Positions 8,704 to 16,600 of a DNA stretch of 64,000 nt are shown piece after piece. The notes under the pieces were generated by a model that worked only from the letters and a program-made list of their open reading frames with translations, had not been told where the DNA came from and did no database searches. The stretch spans positions 20,292 through 84,291 of the forward strand of contig CANPYJ010000001.1 of assembly GCA_947588275.1 (NCBI GenBank), read 5' to 3'. Every line of letters starts with the position of its first letter. The first letter of the stretch is position 1. Both the position numbers and the translations under genes were made by a program. The DNA comes from an uncultured Alphaproteobacteria bacterium (GTDB lineage Bacteria > Pseudomonadota > Alphaproteobacteria > RF32 > CAG-239).

Positions 8704-9020
8704 AAAATAACGGGACTTTCCTGTTGCTGAGTAAGTCCCCAACTCCACTTCAGACTAACCAAAGTCCGAAGAATTTGATTTGTTGCGGGCTACACTAAGC
8801 AGCCAATGCAACCGGTGCTACGTTATTATCGTTAGCATTCGTTTTAAGTTGAACCGATAACGGTGGTGTCTCGCCGAACACGACAATCTGTCTTTACTAT
8901 ACCCTGTCAAACCTGTCTCACCCCCTGAAACTCTCGATTGGTGGAGGTGCCGGGTACTGCCCCCGGGTCCAGAATACCTATTTCACAGCGTCTCTGGTGT
9001 CACAGTCGGATTGCTCCGAC
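8704..9020 (-). ncRNA. ssrA: tmRNA (ssrA), circularly permuted two-piece type. Acceptor piece ends ...CACCUCCACCA at 8939. 13-nt intervening segment. Coding piece starts GGGGGUGAGACAGG at 8925. Tag ORF 8836..8795.
   Basis: Minus-strand read gives T-arm-like region + CACCTCC+ACCA, then GGGGGTG (G3:U70 pair) and tag frame GCT AAC GAT AAT AAC GTA GCA CCG GTT GCA TTG GCT GCT TAG = (A)ANDNNVAPVALAA*. Own promoter and terminator. Confidence 0.75.
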
Positions 9021-9027
9021 ACTATAG

Positions 9028-9055
9028 ATTATAAGCAAAATATAAAATTTTTCAA
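9028..9055 (-). promoter_or_regulatory. sigma70-like promoter for ssrA (TTGAAA-16nt-TATAAT on minus strand)
   Basis: Near-consensus hexamers with 16-nt spacer about 8 nt upstream of the acceptor-piece region. Confidence 0.5.
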
Positions 9056-9077
9056 GACATAAGATAACTTGATAATT

Positions 9078-9106
9078 TTTATTGTAATAAATTGCCGCGG
9101 CCGTAT
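9078..9106 (+). promoter_or_regulatory. candidate sigma70 promoter for DHFR-like/thyA/dut operon (TTGTAA-16nt-TATAAT)
   Basis: Hexamers 33 nt upstream of ATG 9139. Divergent from ssrA promoter. Confidence 0.4.
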
Positions 9107-9138
9107 AATCAGAACAGACTATACTAAAGGAGCCTAAA

Positions 9139-9708
9139 ATGACCAAGGTAGCCGTATGGTGCCGCCATCGCGGCGACAATATAATCGGCATCGGACCACG
9201 GATTCCGTGGCATGTCAGCTCGGATTTTAAGCGTTTTCGTCGTCTGACGGCCGGCCAAAACGTTGTTGCCGGCCAAACCACATACGAGACTTTTCCCAAC
9301 CGCACGCTGCCTGACCGCAGGATTTATGTCTTAACGCTCGACTCCGACTACGAGGTTGCGGATTCCGCCAATCATTTTGTCGTGAACGACGTCAACTTTT
9401 TTAAGAATTTTGCCGAGGATATCTATATTTCCGGCGGAGCGTCGGTTTATCGTCTGTTTATGACGACCGACTTGCTGCTTTTGCCCGATATTGTTGTTGA
9501 CTGCGAATATCAGCCTGATTTGCCGGTCGGTCTTGTCGGGACACCGGTAGACATCAGTTCGTGCATAGAGGTTTTGCACCGCCGCTATCGGCAGGTTTCG
9601 CCGGACTATGAGCAAGACGGCATTGTCACCAGAGTATATGTCAAAACCGGCGACTTTGTGGAGCAGTCGGTTCTGAAGCACGTTTTTACCGCTATAGAAA
9701 AGGAGTAG
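9139..9708 (+). CDS. dihydrofolate reductase-like protein (atypical: GQTT in place of GRKT, ~30 aa C-terminal extension)
   Basis: IIGIGPRIPWHVSSDFKRFRRLT..NVVAGQTTYETF..LPDRRIYVLT..ISGGASVY aligns with DHFR motifs IGxxxxxPW, D, F, GG..Y. Confidence 0.65.
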   Translation: MTKVAVWCRHRGDNIIGIGPRIPWHVSSDFKRFRRLTAGQNVVAGQTTYETFPNRTLPDRRIYVLTLDSDYEVADSANHFVVNDVNFFKNFAEDIYISGGASVYRLFMTTDLLLLPDIVVDCEYQPDLPVGLVGTPVDISSCIEVLHRRYRQVSPDYEQDGIVTRVYVKTGDFVEQSVLKHVFTAIEKE

Positions 9709-9711
9709 GAT

Positions 9712-10497
9712 ATGCAGCAATATTTGGATTTGTTGCGCGACATCATGGAAAACGGCGTTGACAAGATGGATCGTACCAGCGTCGGCACGCGCTCGGTGTT
9801 CGGCCGCCAGATGCGGTTTGACCTGAGCAAAGGTTTTCCGTTGGTTACCACCAAAAAAGTGCATCTGAAAAGCATTATTTACGAGCTTTTGTGGTTTATC
9901 AAGGGCGACACCAATATCAAATATCTGCAAGACAACGGCGTCCGCATTTGGAACGAGTGGGCGGACGAAAACGGCGACTTGGGACCGGTATACGGCTCCC
10001 AATGGCGCAACTGGAACGGCGAGGGCATTGACCAGTTGGCCGACGTGATTGCCAAACTCAAGACTAATCCGAACGATCGCCGATTGATTGTGTCGGCTTG
10101 GAATGTTGCCAAAATTCCGCAGATGAAACTGCCTCCGTGCCACATGATGTTTCAATTTTATGTTGCTGACGGCAAGTTGTCGTGCATGCTCTACCAACGC
10201 AGCTGTGATATGTTTTTGGGCGTGCCGTTCAACATTGCGTCGTATTCGCTGCTCACGATGATGATTGCGCAGGTTTGCGGCCTTAAACCGGGTGAGTTTA
10301 TTCACACGCTGGGCGACACGCACATTTATCACAATCATTTTGAGCAGGTGCGCGAGCAACTTTCACGGACGCCGTATCCGCTGCCGCAGATGAAAGTTAA
10401 TCCGGCGGTCAAAGACATCAATGACTTCAGATATGAGGACTTTGAGCTGGTCGGGTATCAATGCCACGACACTCTCAAAGCCAAGGTGGCAGTCTGA
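9712..10497 (+). CDS. thyA: thymidylate synthase
   Basis: Full-length ThyA with catalytic PPCH and RRLIVSAWN motifs. 261 aa. Confidence 0.95.
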   Translation: MQQYLDLLRDIMENGVDKMDRTSVGTRSVFGRQMRFDLSKGFPLVTTKKVHLKSIIYELLWFIKGDTNIKYLQDNGVRIWNEWADENGDLGPVYGSQWRNWNGEGIDQLADVIAKLKTNPNDRRLIVSAWNVAKIPQMKLPPCHMMFQFYVADGKLSCMLYQRSCDMFLGVPFNIASYSLLTMMIAQVCGLKPGEFIHTLGDTHIYHNHFEQVREQLSRTPYPLPQMKVNPAVKDINDFRYEDFELVGYQCHDTLKAKVAV

Positions 10498-10973
10498 TGG
10501 ATTACGTCAAAACCAAAGTTTTGTATACCAAGCTTCCGCATTATGTGGAAAATGCGGCTAATCTGACCTATGGTTCGGAGTTGGCGGCGTGTTTTGACAT
10601 TTGTGCCGCCATTGACAAACCGCTGGATATTCGTCCCGGAGAGCATGTCGGCGTGCCCACGGGCATAAAGGCCGCTGCCGAGTCGCCTTTGTGGTTTCGG
10701 GTCAATTCGCGCAGCGGACTGGCCATAAAGCACGGAATCATCACGATTGCCGGCATCATTGACAGCGACTATCGCGGCGAGTGGATTATCGGCCTGCTCA
10801 ATACAAATTCCGAGTCGAGCGGCAAAATTTATAGGATTGCGCCGGGAGACAGAATTGCGCAGGTGGAAATGCCGTTTCCGTATCGGGCGGAGTTTGAGTT
10901 GTGTTCCCGAGAGGAATTTGAACGCTTGTCCACCGCTCGCGGCGCCGGCGGATTCGGATCCAGCGGCCGCTGA
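10497..10973 (+). CDS. dut: dUTP diphosphatase
   Basis: Dut motifs (RSGLAIKHGI, GIIDSDYRGE, RIAQ). ATG overlaps thyA stop (TGATG). Confidence 0.85.
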   Translation: MDYVKTKVLYTKLPHYVENAANLTYGSELAACFDICAAIDKPLDIRPGEHVGVPTGIKAAAESPLWFRVNSRSGLAIKHGIITIAGIIDSDYRGEWIIGLLNTNSESSGKIYRIAPGDRIAQVEMPFPYRAEFELCSREEFERLSTARGAGGFGSSGR

Positions 10974-10983
10974 CCAGACAAGC

Positions 10984-11014
10984 AAAAAACCGCATATCTT
11001 GCGATATGCGGTTT
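10984..11014. terminator. bidirectional terminator (aaccgcatatc-ttgc-gatatgcggtt with A/T runs both sides)
   Basis: 11-bp perfect stem between convergent dut and the 11020..11304 gene. Confidence 0.65.
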
Positions 11015-11019
11015 AAGGC

Positions 11020-11304
11020 TCAGCTGCGGACAATCTTTTTGATGTCTTTCAGATGACCTTTATAAGGCCAGACATTGACCTCGGTTTCGGAATAAAATTT
11101 ACGCTGGCGGTGGTCATTACCCATATTGATAATCCAGCCTTTGATTCCGGCGTTTATGGCTCTGACGGCTTCATGCACCATTTTCTTGCCATTTTTTTCC
11201 ACGTTATAAATACCAAGAGTGTCTTCCATAACATCAATGTGTCTTGGTTTTGCATACAGCATCATTTTTTCGATACCGTTGCTGAGATTTTGTTTTTTGT
11301 TCAT
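11020..11304 (-). CDS. hypothetical protein (94 aa)
   Basis: Clean ORF with ATG. No recognisable motif. Confidence 0.45.
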   Translation of the reverse strand: MNKKQNLSNGIEKMMLYAKPRHIDVMEDTLGIYNVEKNGKKMVHEAVRAINAGIKGWIINMGNDHRQRKFYSETEVNVWPYKGHLKDIKKIVRS

Positions 11305-11391
11305 AATAAATTGTATTTAATAAATAACAAACATATTAAAACACAAAAAAACAAATTTGGCAAGTTTTTTTGTCAAAAAAATAAAAAAAAG

Positions 11392-11432
11392 CACCCGTGT
11401 CTCCCGACAGAGGTGCTTTCCCCTTTTGTTTC
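11392..11432. terminator. strong bidirectional hairpin (aaagcacc-cgtgtctcccgacaga-ggtgcttt) flanked by A-runs upstream and T-runs downstream in a 580-bp AT-rich intergenic region
   Basis: 8-bp stem, T/A runs on both strands. Not adjacent to any CDS end, suggesting an unannotated small transcript. Confidence 0.4.
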
Positions 11433-11885
11433 CAAAAGTTCATACTATGACAAAAGAAAAACAAACAAACCTACAAGGTTTGGCAGTCCTGCGCAAGCAG
11501 ATGACTGTTCTTTAAGCAAGCTATATGAGTAATCGGTCATCAAATGACGGATTGAAATAAAAAAGGCCAAACAACGTTCACGATGATCTGAAAAGACACA
11601 AAGGATTGTCGGATGGCCTATAGAAAGATCAGAAGCTGTTTTGACTCGAAAACATGATTTGGTTTTTGGCTAGGTGCGAAATTCCGACGTAAGGTGTAAA
11701 AACCGGGAATTACCAAAAAGCAAACCGCTTCTGATCATAACAAAATTCATACATAATCATAATAAAGTGGGAACACCATACAAAAATTTAATTTGTTTGT
11801 CAATAGGTATTCATCTGTTAATTGGTTGGGCAAAGCTCTTGCCAAGCCTGCAAAATTTGGATATGAGAAACAAGAGAGGAATTTG

Positions 11886-12443
11886 ATGAAGCCGAAGTTT
11901 TTATGGAAATTGTGTTTTTTGAGCGCGTTTGCCATGCCGGCGCAGGCGGCGGATTTTGATGTTGACGCGTATGTCGACCAAGTGCAGCAGGACATTGCGG
12001 CAACGTGGAATTCAGACGAATACGATGCCTATGTGCCGCTTTATGCATGGCATAATCGTCTGGCATATGACCAAAAGCACATTGATAAATACAACGAAAA
12101 TCCGTGGGGCTTTGGCATTGGCAAGTCGCGTTTTGACGCCGACGGCAACTGGCACGGGCTGTATGCAATGGCGTTTAAGGATTCCAACAGCTATGCCGAA
12201 ACGTTTTTCGGATATGCTTTTCTCAAAAACTGGTTTGTTGACTGCAATCCTGATTTTCGGGTGGGCGTCGGCTACACGCTTGGGCTGACTCAGCGCCATG
12301 AATACAAATATGTGCCGCTGCCGTTGCCATTGCCGATTGCAGGGGTGGAATACAAGCGAGCGGCGATTCAGGCGGCCTATGTTCCGGGCATAAAAAACGA
12401 CGGCAACGTTTTGTTTGTCTGGACCAGAATCGCCGTTAATTAG
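11886..12443 (+). CDS. pagP: lipid A palmitoyltransferase PagP-family outer-membrane enzyme
   Basis: Signal peptide MKPKFLWKLCFLSAFAMPAQA. WNSDEYDAYVPLYAWHNRLAYD...NENPWGFGIGKSRFD..GNWHGLYAMAFKDSN...GNVLFVWTRIAVN closely follows the E. coli PagP sequence pattern. RBS GAGAGGAA. Confidence 0.75.
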   Translation: MKPKFLWKLCFLSAFAMPAQAADFDVDAYVDQVQQDIAATWNSDEYDAYVPLYAWHNRLAYDQKHIDKYNENPWGFGIGKSRFDADGNWHGLYAMAFKDSNSYAETFFGYAFLKNWFVDCNPDFRVGVGYTLGLTQRHEYKYVPLPLPLPIAGVEYKRAAIQAAYVPGIKNDGNVLFVWTRIAVN

Positions 12444-12581
12444 TGCCTCTGTTAAAATAGAGATATTTTGACAAATTTTAAAAATTATACAAATACTTGA
12501 CTCGACCGATATTTCATTATATTTATGCAATAAATGTATTCGTTCAAACAAAGGGATGTTTACAAACAAAAAGGAGAAAAT

Positions 12582-13466
12582 ATGGATGATATTAAAGCAT
12601 ATTATCCGCAGAAGAGAATCAAGATTGCCGATTTTGAGATGGGCAATGAACTGCCGTTGTGTCTGCTGTGCGGGCCTTGCCAGATAGAGAGCCGCCAGCA
12701 TGCAATAGATATATGCGGCGCCATGCGCGAGACGACGGCCAAACTGGGGATGAACTATGTGTTCAAGGCTTCGTTTGACAAAGCCAATCGCACGTCCATC
12801 AACGGCGCGCGCGGTGTCGGGCTTGAGGAAGGAATGCGCACGTTTGACGAGATTAAGAAGCTCTATAACAATATTCCGATTGTGACCGATGTTCACGAGT
12901 CGTGGCAATGCGCCGAAGTAGCTCGGCATGTCGACATGTTGCAGATTCCGGCGTTTTTGTGCCGTCAGACCGACTTGGTGGTGGCGGCGGCCAAAACCGG
13001 CAAGATTGTTAATGTCAAAAAAGGCCAGTTTTTGGCGCCGTGGGATGTGCCGAACATTGTCAAAAAGGTGATTGACAGCGGCAATGAGAATGTTTGCATC
13101 ACCGAGCGCGGCAGCAGTTTCGGATATAACACGTTGGTGGTTGACATGCGCGGTTTTCCGCAAATGGCGCAAAGCACGGGATGTCCGGTGATATTTGATG
13201 CCACGCATTCGGTTCAGCAGCCCGGAGGCAACGGTGCATCAACCGGCGGTCAACGTGAGTTTGCGCCGGTGTTGGCGCGCGCGGCGGTGGCGGTCGGCGT
13301 GGCCGCGGTGTTTATGGAAACGCACGAAAACCCCGACAAAGCGTTGTCGGATGGTCCTAACACCATAGCGCTCAAAGATATGCCGGCGGTTTTGGCAAGT
13401 TTGCAAGAATATGACGCCATAACCAAGCGAACAAAGTTGCAGCAAACCGCGGTTCAAAATTTCTAA
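12582..13466 (+). CDS. kdsA: 3-deoxy-8-phosphooctulonate synthase (KDO8P synthase)
   Basis: Full KdsA. RBS AAAAGGAGAAAATATG. Long opposite-strand ORF 12012..13208 is antisense noise. Confidence 0.9.
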   Translation: MDDIKAYYPQKRIKIADFEMGNELPLCLLCGPCQIESRQHAIDICGAMRETTAKLGMNYVFKASFDKANRTSINGARGVGLEEGMRTFDEIKKLYNNIPIVTDVHESWQCAEVARHVDMLQIPAFLCRQTDLVVAAAKTGKIVNVKKGQFLAPWDVPNIVKKVIDSGNENVCITERGSSFGYNTLVVDMRGFPQMAQSTGCPVIFDATHSVQQPGGNGASTGGQREFAPVLARAAVAVGVAAVFMETHENPDKALSDGPNTIALKDMPAVLASLQEYDAITKRTKLQQTAVQNF

Positions 13467-13472
13467 AACCAC

Positions 13473-13502
13473 AGTGCCCCGGAAACGGGGCATTTTTTTT
13501 GC
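13473..13502 (+). terminator. rho-independent terminator after kdsA (tgccccg-gaaa-cggggca + T9)
   Basis: Hairpin then 9 T, immediately after the kdsA stop. Confidence 0.7.
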
Positions 13503-13610
13503 GCGGCATTTACACTGATTTAAAAACTGGTGATAAAAACGCATAACTATTTGTTTGCCATAAAAAAATAAACTATGGTCAATTAACTGTAGTTTACTTG
13601 GAGTGGCCAA

Positions 13611-16600
13611 ATGTTTTATCATTTGCAAAGATGCATCGCAATTTTGCTTTTGGCGGCATTTACGACGGTGTATGTGATAATGCCGGCACATGCGTGGTCA
13701 CACCGGCTGTCGCCCTACGATTTTTCGCAAATGTACAATATGGCTGCGCGCGGCGACAAACCGCGCTTGGCGGCGGCCATTGCCCGCGGTCTCAACATCA
13801 ACGCTGTCAACGAAAACGGCGACACCGGTTTGTGCGTTGCGGTGCGGCGGCGCGATGTTCGCGCCTATCACACGTTTAGAGCGGTCGGCGCCAATCCGCG
13901 GCCGGATTGTTCGTGGTCGATTCCCTATTTCAACAATTTTGTTAATGCCGATTATGTCCGCGCGGGCGCCGTCTATGAAACAGGCTCTTACTATGCTGCC
14001 GATGTTCCCAGCGATTATACCGGCCTGATGCAAGATTTGGTAGTCGGCGGCCTTATTGTCGGAGGCATAGTGGCGCTTTGGCCTCACGGTGGAAGTCACC
14101 ATAAGAATCCTTGCGCAGAAAACCCTTGTAGTGCAGGCTGTTTCGTCAATCTCCAATGTCTTGAAGACGAAGTTTGTACTCAAACCAACAGTTGCGGCGG
14201 TTGTGAGAAATGCGAGGCAAAATGTACGGTGGATCATTGTGCTGCGGGGTGTCCGGATACGGTGGAAGTGACCTGTAAAAGTGGCCAAGAATGCACACAC
14301 TACAACGAATGCGGCGTTTGTGACAGTTGTGACAGCACCTGCAAACTCAACCATTGTGCTGCGGGGTGTCCGGATACCCAGAGCATAGAGTGTCCGGCCG
14401 GTCGTCATTGTACTCAGTACAATGACTGTGGTGCATGCATTCAATGTTCCGGCGCTTTTGTCAAAGAAAACGTGCCTGGCCAGAATACTGAACCTCTTAC
14501 CAAAGACGGTTCGCAGGAAAAGGGAACTTGGGGCGGTATATACACTTCATCCTATAACGTGGATAACAAAGGCAGAATCACTCTTACCGGTGATGGCGGT
14601 TTTGGCATTATGTCTTGTTCCCAAGAAAGTGAACAAAATTGTCTTGATGGCGACGTTCGCGCCGGTCCAAATATCACCAACGGCGGTGAAATCAGCATCA
14701 CCGGCAAGAAAGGCACCGGCATTTTTGCCACCACACCGGGAAGCAACGGCAGCGGCACCTACAATTCCGGCACGTTGACCAACAGCGGCAATATCACCAT
14801 CACCGGCAACGACGGCAACGGTATGACCCTTTTAGGCCATGGCAATATTAACAACACCGGCAATATCACCATGACAGGGGAAATGACTCTGCGTGGCGAA
14901 GATACGTCCAATCCGCATCATCCCGATGCCGATGAAGGCTATCATCCCCGCCGCAACAGCGCCATTTATTGGGATAATACATCTTTGGTGAATTCTGACG
15001 GATCTGCCGGCAACCATATGAAGTATACAATTCCAAATGCCACAAAATACACCATTAAAAATCAAGGGGCGATAAATATAACCGCAGACGTTGATCATAG
15101 TCGGGAGGGACTTTCGTTCAAGTATCCCAGTGTCCGAGGAATCAGCGTGAGGTTTAATTCTTTGACTAGTGCAAACGATACGATAGAAGTTGATAATTAT
15201 AACAACATCACCATTCATGGGAAACTTAAGAATTCTGCCAGCTCGGCATCATCGGACGGCCGCTTCGGCGCCATTGGCATCGAGATTGAGTCATCGGTTG
15301 GTGAACTCCACAATCAAAATGGCAGCATCACCATCGACACCGACTATGGCGGCACGGGCGTATATGTGCGTCCTTCCGAAAATGTAGGCAAAACTTCGAC
15401 GTTTACAGCGGATTTCACCGGCGACATCACCATCGCCAACGGCGGTGCCGGTATCGTTTTTGAGGGACAGAAGCTGGACTATCAGGGCAAAATTTCTGTT
15501 GGCAAGGACAGTCAAAGTAAAGACTCAAGCGCCATAGAGGTTGCTTCCGGTGACGTTAATATCAAGACAAACAGTACCTTGGAAGCCAAAGGAAAGAACG
15601 CATACGGGATTAATGTGATCGAGAAGCTTGGCTCCGGCGAGGGAAATGATCCGAAAATAACCAATAACGGCGCCATTAATGTTTCCGGAGACAATGCCGT
15701 GGGAATTTCGTTAAGCGGCCAAGCTACAGGCACAAACGAAACCGGTGCTAAGATTGAAGTCTCCGGAACTACGAAAGCGTATGGCGTCTATGCAACTCAA
15801 ACCGGTGATGCGGGATTCGAAAACAAAGGCGACATAAACGTCAGCGGCGCCGGAGAAGTCGTCGGCATGTTCGGCGACGGCGAAAATGGAGAAAACGATG
15901 AAACCGTGGTTTTGAAAAACAGCGGAACCATCACGGTGAGCAGCAGTTCTTCAGATCAAGCCATAGGAATGAAAGGCCGCGGTTCCAAGACCACCTTGAC
16001 AAACACGGGTACAATTACGGTAACCGGCGGCAGCGAAGACAAAAAGATGGTGTGTGAAGATGATGCAAAGGGATGTAATGGCGCAATGGGTGCGAGCCTC
16101 GCCGCGTTTGAACTCACCGAGGGCGCCCGTTTGGTCAACAAAGGCACCATTATGAGCGACGGCAGCCTCAATTTTAGTCAAATGGGTGACGGCAGTGGCC
16201 ATGTGGTGGCCGGCAAGGGCAGCCGTTTTAAGGCTGAGTCGGTTTCCGGAAATTTGGAGGCCGGCGCAGATCTGACCACCGGTTCAAATGCCGACAATTA
16301 TGTCGAATCCGATGTTGTCGAGTCGCAGGATATTGATTTGCAACTTGATTCCGGTTCGGCAATGTTTGACGCTCGGCTGAGCCGCAAAGCGGGCGGATTT
16401 GCCGACATCGTCATGGCGCGACGCAACTTTAACGAAATCCTCCAACACAATGATTTGGCAAATTATTTGGAGCAAAACTATGTTCAAAATAAACGCATAG
16501 ATTTGTATGATCGCCTCAAAACCTATGTCTCTGCAGCCGATTTGGACGCTGCTGCCGAATCTTGGTTCGGGCGCAATTTCATTCCCTTGCTGGCGTGGCA

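Noticed and set aside
9331-10359. 342-aa minus-strand ORF
   Set aside because: Antisense to the DHFR-like gene and thyA (ThyA identity is unambiguous). Artefact of the high-GC third positions.
11440-11520. Weak similarity to SRP (4.5S) RNA domain IV (gcgcaagcagatgac)
   Set aside because: The conserved GGAAG/GAAGCAGCC symmetric-loop motif is absent. Cannot support an ffs call.
12012-13208. 398-aa minus-strand ORF
   Set aside because: Lies antisense to pagP and kdsA, which both have strong family signatures and RBSs. Product is low-complexity and unrecognisable. Antisense artefact.
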